Shown here one piece after another: positions 12,931 to 24,949 of a stretch of 64,000 nt of DNA. The stretch is from Lama guanicoe (taxonomy: Eukaryota). The stretch is taken from contig MU054338.1 of assembly GCA_013239625.1 (NCBI GenBank), forward strand, positions 4,117,371-4,181,370, in the 5' to 3' direction. Within the stretch, counting starts at the first letter, position 1; the number at the start of each line of letters is the position of its first letter. The position numbers were made by a program, and so were the translations under genes. The notes under the pieces are model-generated. The model ran no database searches. It had not been told where the DNA came from and was given only the letters and a program-made list of their open reading frames with translations.

Positions 12931-15030
12931 GCGGTGTGAGTGAAGAGCCCTACGACGCACAGCCTTTACCTTTACAGTCAGACGACCCTCCTTCTCCGCA
13001 CTTTCTTTCTCCTTTAGGGGAAAGGAGTGGCTTATCTGTAGAGGCACATCCTGCCAGCAGGTCAAACGGGATGTGGCCTCAGATAAGTTCCAGCACCAAA
13101 CACCACGTAAAACAGAACCTCTTCATTTCACAACCAGCACCACATCCAGAGTCAAGTGTGGCTAAAAACGCCTCACGCTCACACAAGAAAATGTCCCGCA
13201 TCTGAGAAAGCGCCCTTTCTGCTCTGGGTACAGCCTGGACCCCCCAGGCCCAAGGGCCGCACAGGCTGCTGGCCGCACTGACCCCGCTCACCCAACTCGC
13301 TGGGACAAGGCAACACCACGTCAGCAGTGACAACAACAAACGCGCAGGAAACGCTCACTCCAGGCCGGGCGCGAGGCCCGTCTCTCCCAATCTTCCCACG
13401 GGCCCTGAGCAGCAGATGCGACGAGGCACCCTTCTGGTGGACAGAGGAACCGGGGCCCAGAGAAGAGACCTAGCCACGGTCGCTCCCCTCTGCTCACCAT
13501 GGCAAAGCTCAACTCACCTCCCCAACAGGTGAAAAGCTGTGGCTAAACACCCCCCCGCAGCCCTTGCCTACATCAGGGCAGAAAAGTCATCAGCAGATGG
13601 GCTCACGTTGGCCCCGCTTCACATGGCATCCCACACGTGGAGGAGCTGCTTCCGTAGTGACCCGGTACTCAAGGGTGCCTGTGTGACCATCACAGAACTT
13701 CCACAGGGACCCACGTTCAGACATTTGTAGAAGAACATGATACATAAAATAATTCTGTCCCTGTCACCCAGAAGCAAGCAAAACCCAGAATCCACGAACG
13801 GCTGTCATTCTGGGTCACGGCTGTCTGGGGTATTTAAGCAATGGGCACACGTGAGCACATGTGAACACAAGTGAACACACGCTCTGCTGGCTCAAATCTC
13901 AGCTCCGCCAATCACTGTGCAGCCTTGGCCAGGTGACTGGGGACCCAGGAGCTCCTTCATCCAGACAAGGGATCACCGTCCTTTGGGACCTGTCTGGGCA
14001 CTAAGAAAGCACCTGCTTGGCAGAGCGCCTGGCACCTCACAGGACCTTGATGGGACCCACACCCCTGCACCTTTCCATGGTGGCCTCGCCTCCCGGGCTC
14101 TCGGTGCTGGGCTGCCCTCTACAGCCCCGAGGGCAACACCACCAGGAACAGAGAATGCGGGTAACAGGAGGCGGGCACACGAGAGCAGATGGCCTCTGCC
14201 CTGAGAGGAAGAACGTGGCAGTCCAGCTCATGCAGCATGGCAGCCCCAGCAGACGGAATAAACAGCCACGCGTGGTGGCTGAGCGTGCTCTTCAGGTGGC
14301 CTTACTGTCTCCCCAGCCACCCACGGGGACTCCACCATCACCCCATTCACATGGTCCCCCATGGGAGCTGGAGAGGCCAATGCACACCTGCCCCGGGACT
14401 CGCCCCAGCCCCGGTCCTGCCTCCACGGTGCACACGCCCTTCCCCCACCCCCAGAGCACCCAGAGGCCCGCCTGGCCTTGCCGCCCCCAGCATGACTTCT
14501 GATGCCCTGCCCTGCCCCACCCCAGGCGCAGCCCCCTCCCCTCCACTGAGGAGATGGAGCCTGTGACCGACCATGCTGACAGGCCGGGCTCTCCTCCCAG
14601 CACTGGCCAGGCACCGGGACTCTCAGGTCCCAATGTCCGAAAAGCTGCGGGGTTGACCCACAGGCCCCACAGCCAAATACCACTGAGTGGCACCAGCTAA
14701 AATGTTACTTGATGCCCAGGGGGCCACACACCTGAGCTCCACTCCCAAAGGCCCCTGACACCGGCAGTGGTTCTCAGAACTGAGAATAAACAAGGGACTC
14801 ATAAAGTGGGCAGTGGCCCCGCGGGCCTCCCGGGAAATGTCCCTCCTGAAAGATGGCAGAGCTGCCTGCAGTCAGTCTAGCCGGGTGAGAGCACCCCACC
14901 AGGGCCAAGCCACCTGGGAACCAGGAAAGGTCACCACTGGCCTCACGGTGGCACCTGGGAGGAGCAGAGGCAGGCTGCCAGGAAGGCAATTTTTAAATGT
15001 TAGTTATTGTGATTAAAAGAAAAAAAAGCT

Positions 15031-15350
15031 GTAGTCTGACTGTGTCCCCACCAATTTGTATGTCGACTCCTACGCCCCCAAGTGGCGGTGCTGGGAAGTG
15101 ATCTGGTCATGAGAACGGAGTCCTCAGGAACGGGGTTAGCGCTTTCAGAAAAAGAGTGCACGGACCTCTCACCACCTCCCCACGTGAGGGCACAGCGAGA
15201 AGGCAACAGCCCCAGGGGGGCCCGCGCCCGCCCGCCCGCCCGCCCGTGACCCAGGGTCGGGGCCGGCCTCCCGAGCCCTGGGCTTTGAGTGCCAATTGTT
15301 TCTGAGCTGCCCAGCTGGTGCTATTTTGTCACAGCAGCCTGAGCGAAGAC
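15031..15350 (+). mobile_element. MaLR LTR (MLT1-like)
   Basis: Starts tgtagtctgactgtgtccccaccaatttgtatgt and ends ctattttgtcacagcagcctgagcgaagac, typical MLT1 termini. Confidence 0.7.
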
Positions 15351-15936
15351 TATTCCTACTTTTTTTCACCATAAATGTTCAGAAAATATATATGGAGAGA
15401 AATGTGATCCCACCACCCAGATTACCTTTGTTAATGTCTTTTATATATATAATTCCTCTTTACTACAAATAATATACATGTAACTTGCTTTTTTCACTCA
15501 ACCACACTAAAAACTCTTCTCCCCAAGGGCATCAAAGATTCCGTTCAGAAGACGCATAAACACACCTGCTGTTGGACACCTAGGCAAGCCCCAGACCTTC
15601 GCCTCTCTCCCCTCGTGGTGGCCACCCCTCTAGGGCCATCCACTGACTCTGGCCCTGACACAGCATGTGGAGGCTGAGCCAGGGACCGTGCTACCGTCAG
15701 GACAACTAATGCGGACATGGCCAGCCCAGTGCTCCTGGAGAGGCCCCGCCCATGTACACCCCCACCTGCCGCCATCACACGCCCCCCTTTTTCCAGCCCC
15801 ACGCCGCCACAGGAGAGATGGATGCAACGCAATGTCTTTGCTACAGATTCCAACATCCGCCCATCACCCATGCCCCGCCGGCCCCGCTGCCTCTCGTGGA
15901 CTGTGCGTCCTCCTTGCTGCTACTCCGGCACCCTAC

Positions 15937-16019
15937 CTTGTTTTTGAAGTAGACCTCGATGGGCATGATGAAGCCAGCGTAGCCTGACTCCTCCACTTTG
16001 TACGGGGGCTCCTTGCACA
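15937..16019 (-). CDS. MLLT1: MLLT1 coding exon 3 (83 nt), YEATS domain
   Basis: tttctag|TGTGCAAG...AACAAG|gtaggg. Translates (V)[27 protein letters not shown] with the GYAGF acyl-lysine pocket motif. Exons 1-3 total 276 nt = 92 codons. Exon 4 not seen in 1-15900. Confidence 0.97.
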
Positions 16020-19000
16020 CTAGAAAGAAAGGGAAAGCGCACCGTCAGTGACCGGCAGCAGCAAGCACCTGCCCTCCTTGCCTTCTCTCTGGGGCTGAGC
16101 TGGCTGGTCCAGAGGCCAGCTCCCAGGAGCGGAAATCTCAGGCCCCATCCCATGTCAAAGGGGTCACAGGGGACAGAAGGAGCTAAGCAGGAGAAAGGTG
16201 ACCCCGCCATGCCACAGTGGGAGAGCGGGAAGGGGAGTGAGAGCAGCTGAGCTAGAGCTGCCAGAGCCGACGGCTGCACCAGTCCAACAGACTCACGGCA
16301 GTGAGCAAGGCCTGGCTCAGGTGCCAGGCCTGGGGCCCTGGCCTGCCAGCAGGGCAGCACACTCTGCTGCGCCCACCTCCTTCCATCGTCCACTCAAACA
16401 CTGAGATTGAGGCCCCGGCTGGGGTCAGGGACACGACCCTGAAAGATGAAGATAGAGATTCCCTGGTCTCAGCTGGGGCTCGCCTGGGTTCCACCTTAGC
16501 ACCTAGCAAAAGCATTCCCAAGTGACAAGAACAGACTCGTTAACCCCAGAAATATAAAAATAAGGAAAAAAAAAGAGGAAGAAGGAAGGAAAAAAATAAA
16601 GAGACTAAGAGGAACAGTAAAATACAGGTTACAGTAACCTCCTGCAGTCTCACCCTCCAGGATGAACTGTCAGTGTTTTGACACGTATGCTGATGTCAGT
16701 AACGTGAAAATACTGTCCTCCCACTTATAAGAAAAAAATCAGAACAGTACAGATTAAACCCCCCTGTCCCCCACCGCTCCCTCTCCAGAGGCAACTGCTT
16801 CTGGGAGATAGGAAAACATCCTGCCAACTGTTAAAACCTTTACATACATCTTACTACACAGGCAATTCTTAAGTGGGCCAGAAATTGCTGGAAAATAATG
16901 CATGGAATATAATGAAATGTGACTTTTTAAAAATTAAAACCTTGTAAGATTAAAAAAGAAACTTCAAATATCATAAACCTCAAACATCTCACGTATCTAT
17001 GCAAACAAAACCGGCGCGGAGGGTGAGTTTAGAATAACTAGAGACCCTCAAGGCCAGTGCTGGCTGGAAGCCTCGTGCAGGACCCCAGGCTGCAAACCGC
17101 AGAGTGGGGGGGGACTTGAGCTTAGGCTCCTGGAGCCCCCACTGGCCCCACAGACAGAAGCTGCAGGGACAGACACGGGTGTGAGCCAGCTGTGGCTCCA
17201 GGAACCTCCCCTCAGGGCCCCCTCTGGCCACCTGCCTCCAGCCGGGCTCCAGCCCCCTCCCCGCCTCCAGCGGGGCTGTCCCAGCTCCAGGCCCCCGCCG
17301 CGGGGAAAGCTCCCAAGGACAGGGCCTTGCACGTGGCTGGGGTTCGAGGCTTGCTCAACTGGACTGACTTCCCCACCAGGGGAAACAACCATGGGCCCAA
17401 CTGAAGCACAGCCTCCTGGGGGCCAGCAGTGACCCCAGCTGGGCACCCTGAGCACCATCACCTGACCTCCCCATCTACATGTGAATCACTGTTGCTACCA
17501 AACCCAGCAGTGACTGCATTCAGTCATTCACCCCTCTGAGACCCACATCTGACAGTGTCAGGTGCTCGATGATGACAAAGGCCAAGGGGACACCTCCAGT
17601 CCCCAGGAGTAAGCTCGGTCACCCTCAGTCTGACCAACAGCCCACCGGAAGTAAGGCGTGGCTCTGCCTGTTAGACCACAGGAGGTTGTCCAGGCAACCT
17701 GGAGACACCATGGGGGGTGACCTCAGCCCCAAATCTCTATTCTAATCAGTCTCCTGCTCCTCAGACGTCCTCCCATGGGTGCTGGATGGGCACCTCAAAT
17801 GCAGTCCCCCCAAACTGCCTCTTCATTCCCTCTTAAATCTGCACCTCCCCAGTGTCCCTCAGCTCTGGACCCAGGCTGCCCACCAATCACCTGAGGCCCC
17901 CAGGACACCTCAGCTCCTCCCTCTCCTGCAGCTTGCTGTCCCCAAGCACCATGAAGTCTTCCTCTAAACATCTCTGGACCACACCTCCACCTGGTGCCTG
18001 TGCCTCCAATCCAGCCCAGGCGCCATGCCTCTCACGGGGGTCTCTGCCCAGCACCTCACCAGCTGGCCTGCCTCAGGCTCACTCAAGGTATCTTCTGCAG
18101 GCAGGATTGTTCTGAATCACAAATCCATGCCTCTTGATGGCTCCCCACTGCCCTCAGGACTGACTTCCAGCCCACTGAGGGGGCCTGCAAGTGCTCCATC
18201 ACCTCCAGCCCCATCTCTTACTAGCCCATCCTCAGGTCCTAAAAGCCAGCCACACTCTCAGATCGCAGATCACCTCCTCTGGGGACCCATCTCTGAGCAG
18301 CAGCCCCTGCTCTGGGAACCCCCTTGCCCCCCACGCATCCTGCATGTCTCACTCACAGGACTTCTCCTGCTTACTGTGTCCATCTTCCTCAGTCCTACCT
18401 AAGCTCCTTCTCACTTAGTGTGACATCCCCAGGGCCAAGACCAGGGCCAGACCTTTTGGAGACATTCAACAAGTACTGCTGAGCGGGCCACATGTCATGC
18501 CTCTGTCAGGTCCTCTACTGAAGTCAGAGGCAGGTCCAGGAACAAGGAGTAATCTGGACAGGGAGGCCGGGTCATGGCCCATCTCTCCCCGAGTCTCTCC
18601 CGCTGCATGAACGCTTTCCCCAACCCCACCAACCGTGAGCGCACTGCAGTCTGCCCTCTGTGTCCAGACTCAGCACGAGACCACACACCCAGCAGGCACC
18701 TGAATACTTGCTGAACAAATCCGCACGTGGGAAGAGGAGTAGAAGCAGAGCAGGGAGGAAGGGCAGCCTAAGCTCACTGCACAACCCCCAACAGAGGGCG
18801 CAGGCGAGGGGGCGCCAGGGGGCTTGCCCGCACACCCCACCCCTGCACCCATCTCCTCCCCACCCACTCTCAGTCTAAATCCCTCAGCCATTAAGGCCCG
18901 CATCGGGGCCCACCTCCTGACAAGAAAGGACCTGGTTTCCCTGGACTCTGACCTCTGGTCACTTACACCCACTGAGGGCAGTTATCTTTCCAAGCATACG

Positions 19001-19739
19001 TGTCACCTCTGACCTTGATCACTCTAACAGACAACAAACCCCTTCAAGGAAGGGACTCTACTGAGCGTTTCTCAATCTCTCTGAAGGCTTATCACACGAC
19101 AGGCATTCCAAGACCGAAAAACATCTCATCCTTTCAGAGATGGGGCAGAGGGGCCAGAGGACAGGCTTCCAGATGCGCGAGACTGAGCAGATGCACTGGC
19201 CTGCTGTCCCCCCTCAGGGCCCACGGAAACCAAAGTGATCCCAATACGATACAAGATAACCAGCAGAGTAAAGAGGGGAGGGAGGTGATGTGAGCAGCCA
19301 AGAAATTTCTAGAAGGCAGAAAGTAAGTGAGAGTGTGCCGGGCAAGGAACAGGAAGAGGAGGCTGCAGCCCAGAAGGCAGCACGGGTGCCGCAGGGCAGG
19401 CGGGAGCCTGGCCAGAGCCAGAGCCCCAGCAGGAGGGGGCTGTGGCGTCCACAGGCCCCGTGGAGGGTGGGGTGGGGCTGGGAGAGGAAGAGGGGGGTGA
19501 CTAATGGCGGGAACAACAGTCCTGGGGGTCCCTCCCGTCATCGCCCCCACCCTGGCACAGGCCGTTTCATGCCTCCTCTGGGAAATCCAGATGGTTCCAT
19601 GTCTTGCGAGAAAAGTCAACCATCTAGAGGAGGCGAAAGCTTATGACGTAAAAACTGGACCCCAGAGTAAAGCCCTCCTCACTCAGGAAGTTTGGGGGCC
19701 CAACCTCCCTAACCAGAAGCCCACTGGTAAACAGAACCC

Positions 19740-20700
19740 ATCCTGCCCTAAACAGAGCACTCAATACGCAATCCCACCTGGAGGAAAGAGACCAAAGAAA
19801 CAGGAATACTCTGCAGACCACAAGAGAACTTGGGAAAAAGAACAAAAAATAGAGCCAATGTCCTCAGATTCAACATGCCCAACAAATGAAAACAAGATAC
19901 TTTTCAAAAGGAAAACTAAAGAGTAAGAAAGGGCTCTTAGATATTACAAATATAGTACTTACAATTTTTTAATTCAACAGAAAGGTCAGAAAATAAAGTT
20001 GAGGAAATGTCCCAGAATGTAGAGCAAAAAGACACATTCTTTTAAAAAGGTGAGCCACACAAAAAAACTCAGCAGATGAAACAACTGTCAACAGTGGCTA
20101 CTATTTATAAAACACCTACTGTGTGTCAGGCAGTAGTCTCAGCACTTGGTACAATATAACTCATGTAATCCTTCCAACAACCTTATGAGGCAGATGCAAC
20201 TGTTCCCACTTTACAGATGAAAAGATTTAATTACAGAAAAGTTATATAATAAGCATCCTAGAAAGAGAAAACAGAAAATAAACAGATGGAAAGAAATTGT
20301 CAAAGAAATAGAAGAAGAAAACTTACAGAGCTAGAATGAAGGACACCAAGTGTCCAACATGATGAACAAATAAACAAAAAAGATCCCAGGAACAATGTCA
20401 TAAAAAAAAATCCTGTATGTTTTCAGAGAAAAATCAAAAAACAAACAAACAAAAAACAGGTCACCTACAACAGAAGGAGAAACCAACAGCTCTGGACTTC
20501 TCCGAAGACAACGAAGCAGTTCTTCGGAAGCTCTAAGTGATAGTAATTCTCAAACTAGACTATTATTCCCAACTAAACCTCCATTCAAGTGTGGGTGCAG
20601 GACAGCAGCACTTCAGATATATTGAGAGCCAGAGTTTACTCCCCACATACCATTCTTTTGAAACTGCTTCAGTAATTAATCTCTTGGGATATTTCCTGAG
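19740..20700 (+). mobile_element. Old L1/HAL1 ORF1-like fragments with an internal MIR (about 20090-20225)
   Basis: A-rich decayed ORF1-like sequence (aaaataaagttgaggaaatgtcccagaa) and MIR core (caacaaccttatgagg...cccactttacagatga). Confidence 0.55.
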
Positions 20701-23700
20701 AAATTACCTAAGTAAGACAGGAAATAAACCAAAACATAGGGTAATAGGTAAATCCCCCCAGGATAATAGTAAAGTCCCACAGAGATGACTGAAGAGGCGG
20801 CCTTGAGAGGAGCCAGCTCTGATTAGAGGAGGAAGAGACCAGAATGAAATATCCAGAGGGGGAAAAACTCCACCGAATAAATGGAATGATGCAGAGGATG
20901 GGAAAAAGGTGAAGCACCTCTGATGAAGATGCAGCACAAGCGGGGAGAAGAAGCAAAGGGTGTTCACAAAGCCACGGGCCAAACATGAAGCAAAGTAAAC
21001 AGGGCCAAACTTTAACCAAGGATGATACAAAGGGCCCATCTGACCTTGACGTGACCTTGAATGTTCTCCTTGGAGTGGCCCAGAGTTCACAGAGAGGATC
21101 CGGACCAGCCCAACAGTGGAGAGAGTCAACAGTCAGTGCCCTTCGCTGGCTGCCAACTTCTAGACTTAATCTCCAATCCTGGAGCAGAAGCCTCGAGATT
21201 TCCATTGAATAACCTTAACAATGTCAAGTGCAGCTCCCAGGAGGAGGGGTGTAAGGCTCAAGGTGCTCCTGCCCTTCTCTTCCCAGGTGGAAAGTCAGGA
21301 GACCTTGGCCAAAGTTGACAGCGCTGAAGAATCCATTTATTCATTCAACAAATATTTAGTCAGCACCTACTGTTTCCTTTCAGCACCAGGGACACAGCAG
21401 CAAACTGTATGGCAAGACGGGCGATGGAGGGGGTGATGGACAAGATAGATAAGTAATACATAAGACACTTTAGCACGATGCAGAGAAAAATATAACAGAC
21501 AGAGGCTAAGAAGCACGCGGCTGTGTGGGTGTGTACTGAGCAGAGAAAGGGCGCGCGAGCCGGGCAGGTGAGGGCTCCCAGAAAGGGAGACAGAGCCTCC
21601 ATGGAAGGCCCAAAGTTAGGCGGGCTCACCTCACTCACTCACAGAGACAGTGGCCGCGAAACATTATCACTTAACACGAGGAGAGGAGATGGTGGGTGAA
21701 AGAGGTCCCAGCTTAGGAGAAAGTCAAACCCTCCATGTTAATAAGTAAATAAAAAAAAACTTTTAATGTGAAAAATCTAGAAATAAGAAGCAAATGGGCT
21801 TCTACTGCTTTAAAGTGTTAAGGCAGGACATAACCCAGAAAGGACTAGAAAGGTTGTCCTAGGGAGGTTTCACTGCTGACGGAATGGGAGGTGGAAATGT
21901 CCCACCTGGCCCATCTCTGCTGGGTGTGTTACAGGTATATACCTGATTTACAAGACACTTTTTAAGCACATAAAGTATCATTTCAGAGGCTGGGGCAGAG
22001 TCCTGTAAGAAACTCACTGGCTCCTTCACCTGATCCATTTTTCCTTGACAACAGTGAGTAGGCGTTTACATTTGACAGGCGATGCAGCTGCCCACTGTGT
22101 ACAGGCTGCACGGACACACTGCAAACAAGCGCGGTTCAGCTACTAATTTAAACTCTGAAGGCAAACTGACACTTCACAAGAGTGAGCTCCACTCAAAACC
22201 CAGTTTTCAGACACTGGGAGACTGAAGGATGTGCCATTTCCACGTGATCACGAACAGGTGCCTGGGCCTCTCTGGACTCTCAGTTTCCACATCTACCTGG
22301 CTGGGATCCTGGGAGGCCCTGTGACGCAGAGCGGCCAAGAGCACAGTACACGGCACAGAGCGAGTGCGGGACAAACAGACGCTATTAGTATTACTTTGAG
22401 CAGCTGTTTGGTGATGGACCTGGAGGGGAGGAAGATGAAATAAGCAGGTGGGTGGGAATCATCATCCTGGGCCCTCCCGGAAAGAGCAGGGCGAGGGAGG
22501 TGGTGAAGGAACTGGAGTGGCAGCTGCCTGAGAAAGCAGGCGCCCGCGCCAGGACAGGGCACTGTGAGAACGCTGGCTCCCAGAACGAAGGGGCGTGGCC
22601 CAGCGCCAATAAAAACAGGCAGGCCCCGCCCACAGCACGGCAGACTCCACCCCCAGCGCGCTCCCGGGATTGAAAGCGCAGGCAGCTTAAGACCCCTGGG
22701 CCTGCTCCCCATCTGTAAAAGAGGGTCGTGGGGAGCAAGAAAGCGGCTTCTCAGCAGGACGAGCCCGGTAAGTGGCATGTATTACTGTTACCAAGAGGTG
22801 CTTTACAGACACCTGCTATTGTCGGTAACCAGATCTGCTCTCTCCAAGGGGCTCAGAGAGGAAAGACGGAAAAGGGGAGAAGATGAAGATTCAGGAAAGG
22901 AGAAACAAAGGAAAGGAACAGCTGAAAGCTGACGGAAGAAACCAAAAGCAAAAGAAATGGCTACTGAGCCACTTAGGAATCTTGACTGCCTTCCCTTCTG
23001 AACCAGGAGTTCCTACTTCGTAGCACTCGGGGTCTCCCTGCTAAACGGTAAGACGCTGGCTCTGCCTCCTTCCAACTATGGGTAGAGGGGTCAGGGGCCC
23101 AGCAGCAGCTCTCCCATCCCTGAAGCACTTTTCTGGCAAACAGTCCTTCATTCCTTTATCTACACAACCACTGAAGAAATATTTATTGGAGCCCGTGAGG
23201 TGCTGGGCTTCACGGGGTGGGGGGCCTGAATGGTGAAAACAGCTGACATGCCCTGGCCCCCCAAGAGCTCACAGGACAGCCACAGACTTCACTCCAAATT
23301 CCCCGTCAACTTCCCCAGGCAGGGCTGTCCCGCCCCGCCCGCTGGAAGAGTTCCCGCCTCTGCCCGGCCAGACTGCGGCCACAGGGAACCCAGTTCTTTG
23401 TGGACCTCACAAACAAGGCTCTGTGCTTCACAGACGGCAGTCCGAAGGGGGGAGCAGGAAAAGAAGGCAGGAGCCACACAAGCGACTTTTCCAGTTTTTG
23501 CCCCCCGTATCACAGCTTCTTGAAAAGGCATCTCTCATCAAACATGGGCCCAGTAAGCTACGTCCTGATCACTCACCAGGCAGGCGTCTGCCACCCTCCC
23601 CACTCACTCCCTCCTCTGGACGCTTCTCAGCCCCTCGAGTCTAAGTAATGACAGTGGCAGACACTGTCACTACCTCTGCTGGGTTTCCTCACGGCGAGAC

Positions 23701-23875
23701 CCATGGCTGAGGGAGAAGCAGGTGGAGGGCAGAGGCCTGTGGAGGATCAGAGCAGGGCTAGCCTGGCTGATGGGCTCTCACCTTGTGCTGAGGGGCCGCA
23801 CCCGGGGACAGGGTGACATGGGCCTTTCTGGGGACAGCGGAAGAGGCTGGTGCCAGCCGGGGCTGGGGCACTCAC

Positions 23876-24056
23876 CGCGCTTAGGCTTGGGGAAGCTGTC
23901 GTGCAGCCGGAAGACCACCTTCTCCACGAAGTGCTGGATTTCACACTGCTCGGGACCGCGGACGAACACCATCCAGTCATGCGTGAACCCCTCGGTGGTG
24001 GGCTTCTTGCGCAGTTGGGCGCGGTGTCCCAGCTCTAACTTGACCTGGACAGTGCA
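23876..24056 (-). CDS. MLLT1: MLLT1 coding exon 2 (181 nt), YEATS domain
   Basis: ccag|TGCACT...AAGCGCG|gtgagt. Translates [60 protein letters not shown], in phase with exons 1 and 3. Confidence 0.97.
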
Positions 24057-24599
24057 CTGGGGGAGACAGAAGCGGGCACGGGGTCAGTGCAAAGCCCAGA
24101 GCAGGGCCTACAGAGAACAGGAAATGCAGGAACTCCCCAGGCCCACCCAAAGCGCGGGAAGAGCTCCCTGGGGCACGGGGCCTGTGTGAATGGCTTCCCA
24201 CACTGTCCCCTCTTCCCAGGGACTCCACTGGGTCCCTGCATCTCCTCCATCGTCCTCCCCTTGCCCCTCCCCAGCCTGCCTCAGGGCCTTGGCAACTGTG
24301 GTTTCCTCTGCCTCAGATGATCTCCCCCAGGCCTTCTCAAAGCTGGCTCCTTCCTGTCACTGAGGTCTCAGCCTGACTGTCGCCTCCTCAGGGAAGCCTT
24401 CCCTGCCACCCAGTCTGAAAGCACTCCCTCATCACTCTTTATCACGCTGACGTCTCAGCATTTCCCACAATCGGAAATCATCCCCCTAATGGTTTTCTTG
24501 CTCTGCTCTTATGCTGGCGCATCGAAGGTGACTCGGTGCAGAGTATTAACCCTCACCATGATCTCCAGGAATACAACAGAGTGACCTGTAATGCAATTA

Positions 24600-24949
24600 C
24601 AGTCGTCCCTCAGTATCCCTGGGGGACTGGTTCCCAACCCTGAGGATACCATATCAAGATCCACGGGTGCTCAAGTCCCTTACATAAAATGGCTTAGTGT
24701 TGACATATAACCTGCGAACACCCTCCTGCACACTTTAAATCACCTCTAGGTTACTTATAAAACTGGTACAATGTAAATGTGAGGTGAGTAGCAAATACAT
24801 GTAAGCGCTACGTAAATAATTGTTGTGACACTTTTCAGCAAATTCAAGTTTTGTTTCTTGGAACTTTGTGGAATTTTCTTCCTGAATATTTTCGATCCAC
24901 AGTTGATTGAACCTGAGGAAGCAGACCCACAGATGTGGAGGGCAGACTG
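24600..24949. mobile_element. MER2-like Tigger-family MITE
   Basis: TIRs cagtcgtccctc / gagggcagactg with TA target duplications at 24598-24599 and 24950-24951; internal tgctcaagtcccttacataaaatggc. Confidence 0.85.

Noticed and set aside
23645..23673. Small hairpin tgacagtg-gcaga-cactgtca in MLLT1 intron 2
   Set aside because: An 8-bp perfect stem is within chance expectation for 64 kb.
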